A stretch of DNA of 64,000 bases from an uncultured bacterium (GTDB lineage Bacteria; Patescibacteriota; Patescibacteriia; Patescibacteriales; UBA12465), in assembly GCA_942492765.1 (NCBI GenBank), contig OW818634.1, forward strand, positions 537,159 to 601,158. The letters are read 5' to 3'. The notes under the pieces were generated by a model that saw only the letters and a program-made list of their open reading frames with translations, was not told the origin of the DNA and made no database searches. Below, one piece after another: positions 53,497 to 61,831 of this stretch; position 1 is the first letter of the stretch; every line of letters starts with the position of its first letter. Position numbers and translations under genes: made by a program.

Positions 53497-53844
53497 TTAC
53501 CTTGATTTCAACCTAATAAAATAAAACTCAGCGGTATCTTTTGAGCTATTTTCAATTTCATGAAATGTATCTGCTGGGAAGATGAATCTATCACCTGATT
53601 CAAATACTTCTTCATTATTTTGCTTATCTCTGATAACGCCAGCGCCTTTAATGACAATACATATTTCAATAATGTCTTCGTGTTGATGTAACTCCCACTT
53701 CTCATTGGCTGGCAGATATCCGTAAGTAAAGGCCTCAAAGTATGGCGATAGCACATCTGGTTTGCCAGCAATCATTTTTCGAGAACCAGCGGAATGAGAT
53801 GTTTCTTCGATTGCGATAGAGTTGATATTTTTCTTGGAAAACAT
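53497..53844 (-). CDS. Cupin-domain protein (115 aa), GC-poor
   Basis: Cupin motifs HQHEDIIEICIVIKG (G-x5-H-x-H-like) and GDRFIFPADTFHEIEN. Three sampled 60-nt lines contain 20, 20 and 21 G+C. Confidence 0.75.
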   Translation of the reverse strand: MFSKKNINSIAIEETSHSAGSRKMIAGKPDVLSPYFEAFTYGYLPANEKWELHQHEDIIEICIVIKGAGVIRDKQNNEEVFESGDRFIFPADTFHEIENSSKDTAEFYFIRLKSR

Positions 53845-53856
53845 ATTTTATTCTAA

Positions 53857-53876
53857 GCGGAGAGAATGGGACTCGA
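53857..53876 (-). other. tRNA 3'-end-like fragment (Ser-type acceptor/T-arm remnant)
   Basis: The plus strand GCGGAGAGAATGGGACTCGA is the reverse complement of ...TCGAGTCCCATTCTCTCCGC. That covers T-loop, T-stem 3' strand, acceptor 3' strand and discriminator. No 5' half is present. Confidence 0.4.
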
Positions 53877-53888
53877 TTTCGTCTTTAT

Positions 53889-55769
53889 TTAGTCTGCAAC
53901 AATGACAGTCGAACTGCTCGTGGCTGGCGTCGAGCTAGCCGTTGTCACCGGAGTGGAGGTGGCGGCAGCGCCGATGAGACAGACGCCCTGCCAAGGGACA
54001 TAATGGGATGAGAATCTTTTCTCGACGACCGGAGTCGTAGTCGCGCCTTCCGGATAGATAACCTTATAATCGAAAAAGGCATCGGCGCCATTATGAGAGC
54101 TCTCAGTACATTTTTTTTCTCCGGGCTTTAGATCGGTCGTTTCGATCATCTTGGTCGGAGCGGGCTTAACGATGTTATAGATAGTCGGGTAAGTAGTAGT
54201 GGCGATGCGCCCGTCTTTAGTTCCCCAGAAATCAAAATATAAGTCATCTTTGACAATGCGCGCCTGGATCAGAATATAATTGCCGGTGTCATTAATGAAG
54301 CGCAAGTCGGGTTTAGGGTCATAGATAGTAGCATCCGTACCCGCTGGTTCATAATAGGAAACGCGATAAGAATGATTTTGGCGCATGGTTATCGGCAGTC
54401 CGGAACTCAGGGCTGCGCGGAAGACAGTCGTTCCGATCTGGCATAAGCCGCCGCCGAATTCGGGCACAGTCTTATTGCCCTTGATGACTAATTCCGGTAA
54501 GTAGCCGGTGCTGGCATCAATCTCACCCAGTGTTTTTATAAGAGAAAACTCTTCGTTGGGCTTGATTAATATTCCGTGCAAGGCATCGGCGCCATTCTTG
54601 ATATTCTTTCTTCTGTTAGTCGGCGAGCCGGCAAATCGAGAATAGCCCGTGCCGATTTTTTCTTTGATTTGGAGATTATTATCTAATTTGATGTCCTGTT
54701 CAGCCACTTCCTTGATTATTAGAACTGTCTCGGTTTTTCCGCCGAGAAGATTATCGGTTATTGCTTGGGCGGTTGCTTCTAGATCAACCGCTCGGCCGCT
54801 CTCGCCGGTCTGCCAGCTGGAGACTTTCCCGTTTTTGACCTCAAAGCGCGGCAAGACCGCTTCTTTATCTATATCATGAGCTATGGCAGCCGCGATATAT
54901 TCCTTAATTTTCTCTTGGTCTAAAGAAACTCGCGTGCCGTTAGCAGTTCTTGCCAGGCTTATCCAGGTAGCGAGCTTATCCGGTTTTATTTTCCAATATC
55001 GCGTGGTCGAGCTGGAATTATCAGATTCATTGAAGCTGAGGGTCAGTTCTCCGCGGCCGACGATTTTTTGAGCCTCAGATTCAAGAGTCATTAGGTCGGC
55101 TTGTCTTATTTCCGGATATAAGGATACGGTTTTGATGACGATGACGGGCGGCTCTAGATTAGCCAGGCTATTGCGGACGTCATCTAAGACCCTGTCGTAA
55201 TCAATGCCTTTACCGGGCCTCTCTTGATTAGCGGCAACCTCTGTATTCGGACTAGCCTTAGTCAGGGAAAAGTAAGCGTTAACCGGGGCGATATTTAATT
55301 CTTTGAAGCCGTCGCTCAAGAAAGAATGAATTGCCTCTTCGTCTAAAGAGTAGGGCGGCAAGAACGTCTTGCTGTTTCTGGTCTTGCACAGAGAGATGAG
55401 ATAATGGAAAAAATCAGCCCGCTCTTCGGCGTTGAAAATAATGGCTAACATGGCCTCGGAGTCGAAGCTCAGGGTCGGACGAGCTAGATCAGAATCGAAA
55501 GAGATGACATCGAGATCAAGCCTTTCTACCTTCTGGTTATATTGGAAAGATAGGCCAGCCTTATTTATCTCCTGGAATCGATCTTCTATCGCCTTCTTGG
55601 CTTCATCTCTCGTTTTGCCGCTGAGAGACATGTTGCCGATATGCTCTCCTGGGTAGAAGCGGTCGCGGTAATTGTTTTGCCAAATAAAATAATTAATCGC
55701 CAAAAAGACGATTAATATAGATAAGATCGACGCAGAAATTATTACCGCATTCTTGTGGACAGCCTTCAT
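53889..55769 (-). CDS. VanW-family protein with N-terminal TM anchor
   Basis: C-terminal VanW core (EFGGGLCQIGTTVFRAALSSGLPI..RQNHSYRVSYY), an N-terminal TM helix, and a Ser/Thr-rich C-terminal tail. Confidence 0.8.
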   Translation of the reverse strand: MKAVHKNAVIISASILSILIVFLAINYFIWQNNYRDRFYPGEHIGNMSLSGKTRDEAKKAIEDRFQEINKAGLSFQYNQKVERLDLDVISFDSDLARPTLSFDSEAMLAIIFNAEERADFFHYLISLCKTRNSKTFLPPYSLDEEAIHSFLSDGFKELNIAPVNAYFSLTKASPNTEVAANQERPGKGIDYDRVLDDVRNSLANLEPPVIVIKTVSLYPEIRQADLMTLESEAQKIVGRGELTLSFNESDNSSSTTRYWKIKPDKLATWISLARTANGTRVSLDQEKIKEYIAAAIAHDIDKEAVLPRFEVKNGKVSSWQTGESGRAVDLEATAQAITDNLLGGKTETVLIIKEVAEQDIKLDNNLQIKEKIGTGYSRFAGSPTNRRKNIKNGADALHGILIKPNEEFSLIKTLGEIDASTGYLPELVIKGNKTVPEFGGGLCQIGTTVFRAALSSGLPITMRQNHSYRVSYYEPAGTDATIYDPKPDLRFINDTGNYILIQARIVKDDLYFDFWGTKDGRIATTTYPTIYNIVKPAPTKMIETTDLKPGEKKCTESSHNGADAFFDYKVIYPEGATTTPVVEKRFSSHYVPWQGVCLIGAAATSTPVTTASSTPATSSSTVIVAD

Positions 55770-55770
55770 A

Positions 55771-56187
55771 TTAGTCTTTTATTTTGACTTCAATCTTACT
55801 CGGAGCAATCTTGTAAAGAGAAATCGTCAAAACACCGTTTTCCAGTTCGGCTTCGACGCGCTTATTATCGACTTCGGTCGGCAAAATTATAGAGCGGGAG
55901 AATGAGCCCCAATAACACTCACGATAAAGATAGTCCTTTTCGTTTATCTCAGCTCCGGCAGAGCGAGTCCCTTTGATGGTTAGGAGATCGTGATGCAAAG
56001 ATATCTTAAGATTTTCTGGCTTGACGCCAGCGATAGTGGATTTGATGATTATCTTCTTATCAGTCTGATAGACATCGATAGCTAATTGTCCTTCTGTTTC
56101 CGGTTCTTCATAATCTAGCCACTCGGGCTGAGTATCCAGCTTCTCGGCTACGACGGTTTTAGAATGATTTTTTTTATTGAAAAACAT
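55771..56187 (-). CDS. Hsp20/alpha-crystallin small heat-shock protein
   Basis: Alpha-crystallin-domain pattern (LAIDVYQTDKKIIIKSTIAGVKPENLKISLHHDLLTIKG...FSRSIILPTEVD...A.LENGVLTISL). Confidence 0.88.
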   Translation of the reverse strand: MFFNKKNHSKTVVAEKLDTQPEWLDYEEPETEGQLAIDVYQTDKKIIIKSTIAGVKPENLKISLHHDLLTIKGTRSAGAEINEKDYLYRECYWGSFSRSIILPTEVDNKRVEAELENGVLTISLYKIAPSKIEVKIKD

Positions 56188-56242
56188 ATATTTTATTTCA
56201 TCTATAATTTACCAATTTTTCGGTTAATTGTAAATAAGGAAA

Positions 56243-56274
56243 ATAAAATACGCCGTGATAAACGGCGTATTTTT
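56243..56274 (-). terminator. Intrinsic terminator after the tRNA-Ile/tRNA-Val unit
   Basis: The minus strand reads ATACGCCGTttatcACGGCGTATtttatttt. Confidence 0.8.
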
Positions 56275-56278
56275 AGGG

Positions 56279-56352
56279 TGGGCCCGACAGGATTCGAACC
56301 TGTGACCTCCACGATGTCAACGTGGCGCTCTAACCAACTGAGCTACGAGCCC
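56279..56352 (-). tRNA. tRNA-Val (anticodon GAC)
   Basis: Reverse complement GGGCTCGTAGCTCAGTTGGTTAGAGCGCCACGTTGACATCGTGGAGGTCACAGGTTCGAATCCTGTCGGGCCCA. Anticodon loop is TTGACAT. Confidence 0.93.
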
Positions 56353-56368
56353 CTTTATTATTCGATTG

Positions 56369-56442
56369 TGGGCATAGATGGACTTGAACCATCGACCCCC
56401 GCTTTATAAGAGCGGTGCTCTAACCAGCTGAGCTATATGCCC
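56369..56442 (-). tRNA. tRNA-Ile (anticodon UAU)
   Basis: Reverse complement GGGCATATAGCTCAGCTGGTTAGAGCACCGCTCTTATAAAGCGGGGGTCGATGGTTCAAGTCCATCTATGCCCA. Clean cloverleaf: anticodon stem CCGCT/AGCGG, loop C-T-TAT-A-A, and an Ile-like body. Confidence 0.85.
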
Positions 56443-56443
56443 T

Positions 56444-56472
56444 ATTATAATAGCCGGCAAAAAAGAATGCAA
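56444..56472 (-). promoter_or_regulatory. Near-consensus promoter-like element abutting the tRNA-Ile 5' end
   Basis: The minus strand reads TTGCAT (56472-56467), a 17-nt spacer, then TATAAT (56449-56444). Only 1 nt separates the -10 from tRNA position +1. Confidence 0.35.
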
Positions 56473-56509
56473 GCCCGCCAAGATAATGATTGGCAGTTAT
56501 TTTATACCA

Positions 56510-57652
56510 TTATAAGCTTAATTTTTCAAGCTTGCTCTTGAGTTTGGGTATTATTTGGTCGACAGCTGTCTTTATCCCTAGATTTATGGAGGCCTGGGCC
56601 GCCTTGATTCCGCCGCGGGCTCCGTATTCTTTAATAAAATCAAGGATATTGATATTTTTGAGAGAGTAAGCGAGAAGCTTTGTCTGTTCTGCCGTTTCTT
56701 CGCAGAAGATCAGGATGACCTTAGCGCCAGGAACAGTAGCGATAAGCTCATCGATGATATCGTTAAGACTGTCCATAGTGGCGCCAGTTTCTTTGAAATC
56801 GTGGCTGCTTAATCTTGACCAAAGCAGTTCGTCGTTATTTTCCGCCCTAAGGTTATTAAGAATTTTGCCCCAGAGTCTGAGCGAGGACATATCTCGAGAG
56901 CGGTAGAGATGATCAATAATCTCTTCGCGCCTCGCCCCGAGAGTTATTAGCTCCGAGGTAGTGAGGAGTACGCGTGGAGTAAGATTAGCCGTCTTGAAAT
57001 TCTTAGTCTGTTGGATGATGCCGGCGAGCAGGCAGGTGGCGATATCTTCGGAAATCAGGTCAGGCTTATAGTTTTTTAAGAGATAAAAGAGGATTTCGGC
57101 AGTTGCGACGGTATTCAGGTCAATAAAGTTAATCTGGCCGAATTCTTCATTAGCCGCCTGGTGGTCGATATTTATGATCGTTGTCTTATAGAAGAATTCG
57201 ACGTTATCGTCGTAAAGCTTGCCCAAGGCCTCTAGATCGCTGGCGCCGAGAACAAATATCAAATCATACTTAAATTCTCCAGTCTTGGCAGTAACATCTT
57301 CTGGCTTGAACCAGCCGCTTTTTGGAGAGATGATGAAGTTGAGCTTATCATTGTCGACGGAATACTTGATCTGGCTAACCTTGGCTTGGCTAATATCGAG
57401 AGAAACTATGAAGCGCCTAAGATTGTCTAATTGGCTTTTGATATCAGTATAGGCTGGCAAGAAGGCTAGGGCTTCGCGCTGCTCGCCATCTTTAAAAGCG
57501 GCGATTTCCGTTTCTATCCCCATCTTTTTCAGGAATAGGAAAAGAGCTAGGGCGGAAGCCATGGCATCACTATCCCGGTTAGCCGGAAAGACTATCAGGA
57601 CGCTCTTTGACTTTTCCAATTGGCGGAAAATTTGTTGCTCTAAATCCAGCAT
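56510..57652 (-). CDS. DHH/DHHA1-family phosphoesterase homolog with degenerate catalytic motifs
   Basis: NrnA-like architecture. Motif I is NRDSDAMASALAL (usual form H..PDGD..GS), motif III is IDHQ (usual DHH), and the DHHA1 motif is GARGGIKAAQA (usual GGGH..AAG). Confidence 0.7.
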   Translation of the reverse strand: MLDLEQQIFRQLEKSKSVLIVFPANRDSDAMASALALFLFLKKMGIETEIAAFKDGEQREALAFLPAYTDIKSQLDNLRRFIVSLDISQAKVSQIKYSVDNDKLNFIISPKSGWFKPEDVTAKTGEFKYDLIFVLGASDLEALGKLYDDNVEFFYKTTIINIDHQAANEEFGQINFIDLNTVATAEILFYLLKNYKPDLISEDIATCLLAGIIQQTKNFKTANLTPRVLLTTSELITLGARREEIIDHLYRSRDMSSLRLWGKILNNLRAENNDELLWSRLSSHDFKETGATMDSLNDIIDELIATVPGAKVILIFCEETAEQTKLLAYSLKNINILDFIKEYGARGGIKAAQASINLGIKTAVDQIIPKLKSKLEKLSL

Positions 57653-57738
57653 TTTTCAATTCTAAGACGGCGTTAATTAGCTTCTGGTTAACATTCTAAT
57701 ATATAATTAATTATTTACGAAGTCAAGGTAAAATCCGA

Positions 57739-57767
57739 TTGACTTAAGCTCGTTTTTTTGGTAATTT
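57739..57767 (+). promoter_or_regulatory. Sigma70-type promoter for valS (predicts a leaderless or near-leaderless mRNA)
   Basis: TTGACT (57739-57744), a 17-nt spacer, then TAATTT (57762-57767). Only 6 nt lie between the -10 and the valS ATG at 57774. Confidence 0.5.
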
Positions 57768-57773
57768 TAAATC

Positions 57774-60416
57774 ATGAAACAAGAATTAGACAAAACCTAT
57801 AATCCCTCTGAGACAGAGGATAATATCTACCAAAAATGGGAAGAATCCGGGTTCTTTAACCCAGATAACCTGAACTTGCCAGAAGACGCTAAAAATTATA
57901 CGATTGTTCTCCCCCCACCTAATATTACAGCTAAATTGCATATCGGACATAGCGCTATGTTGGCCATTGAAGACCTTTTGATCAGGTTTCACCGTTTATC
58001 CGGGTTTAGAACCTTGTGGCTGCCAGGGACTGACCACGCGGCCATCGCCACTCAAAGCGTAGTTGAGAAAAAACTCTTAAAAGAACAAGGAAAGACTCGT
58101 CACGACCTCGGTCGCGAGGCTTTTTTGATAGAAGTTTGGAAATTTGTCAATGAGACTCAAGCCACTATTTTGCATCAGACTAAAAAGATGGGGTCTTCTA
58201 TGGATTGGTCTCGCCTGGCCTTTACTCTCGATGAAGCTAGACAAAAAGCCGTGACAGCCATGTTCATAGATATGTATAAGGAAGGCGTCATCTATCGCGG
58301 CGAAAGAATCGTCAATTGGTGTCCGCGCTGCCACTCGACTCTGGCTGATGACGAGGTTGAATATAAAGAACAGGCCGCCAAACTCTATACTTTCAAATAT
58401 TCATCTGATTTTCCTATTTCTATCTCGACTACCCGCCCAGAAACCAAGCTTGGAGACACGGCGGTGGCGGTCAACCCGAAAGATAAGCGCTATAGTAAAT
58501 ATATTGGCAAGGAATATAGGGTCGATTTTTGTGGACAGGAACTCAATATCAAGATAATTTCCGATCATAATGTGGATTCTGATTTCGGCACCGGCGCCTT
58601 GGGCGTAACCCCGGCTCATTCTATGGTTGACTGGCAGATGGCGCAAGCTAATAGCCTGCCTATAATCAAAGTGATTAACGAAGACGGTTTGATCAGAGAA
58701 GGTTTTGGCGCCTACTCCGGACTGAAAGCGATTGAAGCTCGTGAACTGCTAGTCGCCAAGCTGAAGGAGCAAGGACTCATGGAAAAAGAAGAAGATATCT
58801 CTAATAATCTTTCTGTCTGTTACCGCTGCGGCACAGCTATCGAGCCGCTTCCCTCTAAGCAATGGTTCATCAGCGTCGACAAGAAGCTGGCGCGCCTTGG
58901 CGGAAAGTCTCTCAAGGAAAAAGCTTTGGAGGCCGCCGCTAAGAAGGATATAACGTTCATTCCAGAGAGATTTAACAAGAGTTTTTCTGATTGGATGAAC
59001 AATCTTCATGACTGGTGCATTTCGCGTCAGATCTGGTTCGGCCATCATATCCCCGTTTGGTATAAAGGGGAAGATATTTTTGTCGGAGCGGCCGCCCCGA
59101 AAGAGGCGGGCTGGGTTCATGACCAGGATACGCTCGATACCTGGTTCTCTTCGGGCATGTGGACCTTCTCGACCTTAGGCTGGCCGGATAATTTTAAAGA
59201 CGGAAAGAAGAGCGGCGATTTGGCGCGTTTTCATCCGACGCAAGTATTAGAGACCGGCTATGAGATATTGACTCTCTGGGTTTCGCGCATGATCATGATG
59301 TCTTTTTTCGCGATTGGCGAGGTTCCTTTCGAACAGGTCTACCTGCATGGCATTATCCTAGATAAGAACGGCAAGAAGATGTCCAAATCGAAGGGCAATG
59401 GCGTCGACCCGCTGGAAGTGATTGAGCAATATGGCGCTGATGCGGTCAGACTATCTCTGCTCATGGGCTCGACTCCAGGAAATGACGCGCGGTATAGCGA
59501 TGATAAGGTAGAATCTAAGCGCAATTTCATCAATAAGCTCTGGAATATTTCCCGCTTTATCCTTTCTTCTACCGACGAAAAATATTATTCCACGCCTTAC
59601 GCTGCCCTTCCGGCCGCCAAAACCTTGGCTGATAAGTGGATTCTAGATAATCTAGCTGCTAGCGCCCAGACAGTCACGGAACATCTGAAAAATTTTAATT
59701 TTTCTCTGGCCGCTGAAGAGCTTAATGAGTTTACTTGGAATAAGCTGGCTGATTGGTATCTGGAAATCGCCAAAATTGAAAAAGATAAGGATGAGATTCT
59801 TATATATATATTGAAGAATGTGCTTATCTTGTGGCACCCCTTTATACCCTTCGTGACGGAAAAGATCTGGTCTAGCTTCAATGATGATTTGCTGATGGTC
59901 GCTTCGTGGCCGAAAGAGGCGGAAGCGAAGAATCAAGGAGAAGCCCCGATTTTTATCTTAGAAAAATTTAAGAAGATTCAAGACATCGTCATTGCCATCA
60001 GGAATGCCCGCAGCGAGAACAAGGTTGAGCCGGCGAAAAAGCTGGAGGCGGTCATTTACGGCCATGAAGATACGGCCATGCTGGAAGAACAGAAAGAATT
60101 GATTATCAATCTGAAGACCGGCCTGCAATCTTTGAAAATATTAGAGAGTGGCCAGAAGATAGATAAGGCGATTACGGCCGTCGTCGGTCAGGCGGAAATA
60201 TACCTATTAGGCGGAGTCGATGCGGCCAAAGAGAAAGAGCGCTTGCTCAAGGAGCGAGTAAATCTGGAGAAGATGATCGGCTTGCAGGAGACTAAGCTCG
60301 GCAATGCTGATTTTGTCGACCGCGCTCCGGAGAACATCGTGGCGGCTGAGAAGAATAAGCTGGCCGCCTATAAGGCTGAATTGGAAAAGATAATTAAGAT
60401 AATCCAAGGCCTATGA
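57774..60416 (+). CDS. valS: Valine--tRNA ligase
   Basis: PPPNITAKLHIGH (HIGH motif), KMSKSKGN (KMSKS), editing domain, and a C-terminal coiled coil. 880 aa. Confidence 0.97.
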   Translation: MKQELDKTYNPSETEDNIYQKWEESGFFNPDNLNLPEDAKNYTIVLPPPNITAKLHIGHSAMLAIEDLLIRFHRLSGFRTLWLPGTDHAAIATQSVVEKKLLKEQGKTRHDLGREAFLIEVWKFVNETQATILHQTKKMGSSMDWSRLAFTLDEARQKAVTAMFIDMYKEGVIYRGERIVNWCPRCHSTLADDEVEYKEQAAKLYTFKYSSDFPISISTTRPETKLGDTAVAVNPKDKRYSKYIGKEYRVDFCGQELNIKIISDHNVDSDFGTGALGVTPAHSMVDWQMAQANSLPIIKVINEDGLIREGFGAYSGLKAIEARELLVAKLKEQGLMEKEEDISNNLSVCYRCGTAIEPLPSKQWFISVDKKLARLGGKSLKEKALEAAAKKDITFIPERFNKSFSDWMNNLHDWCISRQIWFGHHIPVWYKGEDIFVGAAAPKEAGWVHDQDTLDTWFSSGMWTFSTLGWPDNFKDGKKSGDLARFHPTQVLETGYEILTLWVSRMIMMSFFAIGEVPFEQVYLHGIILDKNGKKMSKSKGNGVDPLEVIEQYGADAVRLSLLMGSTPGNDARYSDDKVESKRNFINKLWNISRFILSSTDEKYYSTPYAALPAAKTLADKWILDNLAASAQTVTEHLKNFNFSLAAEELNEFTWNKLADWYLEIAKIEKDKDEILIYILKNVLILWHPFIPFVTEKIWSSFNDDLLMVASWPKEAEAKNQGEAPIFILEKFKKIQDIVIAIRNARSENKVEPAKKLEAVIYGHEDTAMLEEQKELIINLKTGLQSLKILESGQKIDKAITAVVGQAEIYLLGGVDAAKEKERLLKERVNLEKMIGLQETKLGNADFVDRAPENIVAAEKNKLAAYKAELEKIIKIIQGL

Positions 60417-60793
60417 CTTTAAAGAAATATCTCTGGGTCATGTCCGCTTTGACCGCAGTCTGCTGGGGCTTATTCCTATTCGTAGCCGGATTGGTCGACC
60501 CGACGGCGACGAATTGGCTCGGTTTTCTCTTATTCTATTTAGCTTTCTTCGCTTCCTTGAGCGGGACGATCGCTCTTATCGGTTTCCTTTTCCGTTTCGT
60601 GATCATCAAGAAGGAGCTAGCCTTCAATTCTGTCAAAGTCGCTTTTCGCCAATCATTTCTTTTTTCTTTCTTCATAATCTTGCTCCTGATCATGAAAGCT
60701 GCCGATCTCTTTAATTGGCTGAACCTGCTTCTGTTAGTGATAGTGTTCTCTATTTTGGAATTATTCCTGATAAGTTATAAGAAAAGCCGATAA
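60413..60793 (+). CDS. Small membrane protein (126 aa, 4 TM)
   Basis: ATGA start/stop overlap with valS. Four hydrophobic helices. pheS starts 5 nt downstream. Confidence 0.6.
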   Translation: MTLKKYLWVMSALTAVCWGLFLFVAGLVDPTATNWLGFLLFYLAFFASLSGTIALIGFLFRFVIIKKELAFNSVKVAFRQSFLFSFFIILLLIMKAADLFNWLNLLLLVIVFSILELFLISYKKSR

Positions 60794-60798
60794 AATAT

Positions 60799-61827
60799 AT
60801 GAAAAATAAACTTAATGAATTACGCGAGGAATTCCTCGAACAGTTGGCGCAGGTTCAGAACAATGAGCATCTGCGTGAATTAGAATTGAAGTTCTTGTCG
60901 CGCAAAGGCCGACTAAGCGAAGCAATGGGCGGCCTAAAAGAGTTGAGCGGAGAATTAAGGAAAGAAGCGGGTGAATTGGCTAATAATATCAAGAATGAAC
61001 TACAAGATAAGTTCAATGAGATGGGCAATACTTTAAATAGCTTCGTCGCCAAGAATAACGAGACTGACGTTACTCTGCCCGGGCCAGCTCTGTCCCAAGG
61101 GCACCTTAATCCGATTACCTTGGTTCAGAACGAATTGGAAGACATCTTCTCATCTTTAGGCTTTATGATACTTGATGGCCCAGAGCTAGAAAGCGATTAT
61201 TATAATTTTACCGCTCTTAATGTGCCCGAGACTCACCCGGCCCGGGACATGCAGGACACTTTTTATGTAGATCAGAAGAACAAAGATGGCCAATACGACC
61301 TCCTGATGCGCACGCAGACCTCTCCTGTCCAGATCAGGGCCATGCAGAAATACGGCGCGCCCCTCAAAGCGCTGATTCCGGGACGCTGCTTCCGCAACGA
61401 ATCGACAGACGCGCGCCACGAGCATACTTTCTATCAGGTAGAAGGAATATTAGTCGGCAAGAATATCAACTTTGCTAATTTAAAGAGCTTCTTGGAGATA
61501 GTCGGCCAGCGCCTGTTCGGGCCGAATACTAAGCTGAGGATGCGCCCGAAATTCTTCCCCTTCGTCGAACCGGGCAATAACGGAGAATATACCTGCTTCT
61601 TATGCCAAGGCAAGGGCTGCCGCGTCTGCAAGAATACCGGCTGGCTAGAAATAGTCGGAGCTGGCTTGATCCATCCAGACGTCTTGCGCGCCGGCGGCAT
61701 TGATCCGGAAGAATACTCAGGCCTGGCTTTCGGTTTCGGCTTGAATCGCCTAGCGATGCTTAAATATAATATCAATGATGTCCGTATGTTCAACAGCGGC
61801 GATCTTAAATTCTTAGAGCAATTCTAA
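60799..61827 (+). CDS. pheS: Phenylalanine--tRNA ligase alpha subunit
   Basis: Class II motifs (HPARDMQDTFY; FRNE..DARHEHTFYQVEG; GAGLIHP..., GLAFGFGLNRLAM). Confidence 0.95.
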   Translation: MKNKLNELREEFLEQLAQVQNNEHLRELELKFLSRKGRLSEAMGGLKELSGELRKEAGELANNIKNELQDKFNEMGNTLNSFVAKNNETDVTLPGPALSQGHLNPITLVQNELEDIFSSLGFMILDGPELESDYYNFTALNVPETHPARDMQDTFYVDQKNKDGQYDLLMRTQTSPVQIRAMQKYGAPLKALIPGRCFRNESTDARHEHTFYQVEGILVGKNINFANLKSFLEIVGQRLFGPNTKLRMRPKFFPFVEPGNNGEYTCFLCQGKGCRVCKNTGWLEIVGAGLIHPDVLRAGGIDPEEYSGLAFGFGLNRLAMLKYNINDVRMFNSGDLKFLEQF

Positions 61828-61831
61828 TCAT

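Noticed and set aside
56188-56245. Possible CIRCE/HAIR heat-shock operator upstream of hsp20
   Set aside because: Only a weak ACC...GGT symmetry lies within a TTTACA-N17-TAAATT promoter-like element. There is no match to TTAGCACTC-N9-GAGTGCTAA.
56164-56409. 81-aa plus-strand ORF, and similarly 14947..15150 on the minus strand
   Set aside because: Both run antisense or through tRNA genes (Val/Ile, and Gly respectively) and terminator hairpins, with no coding support.
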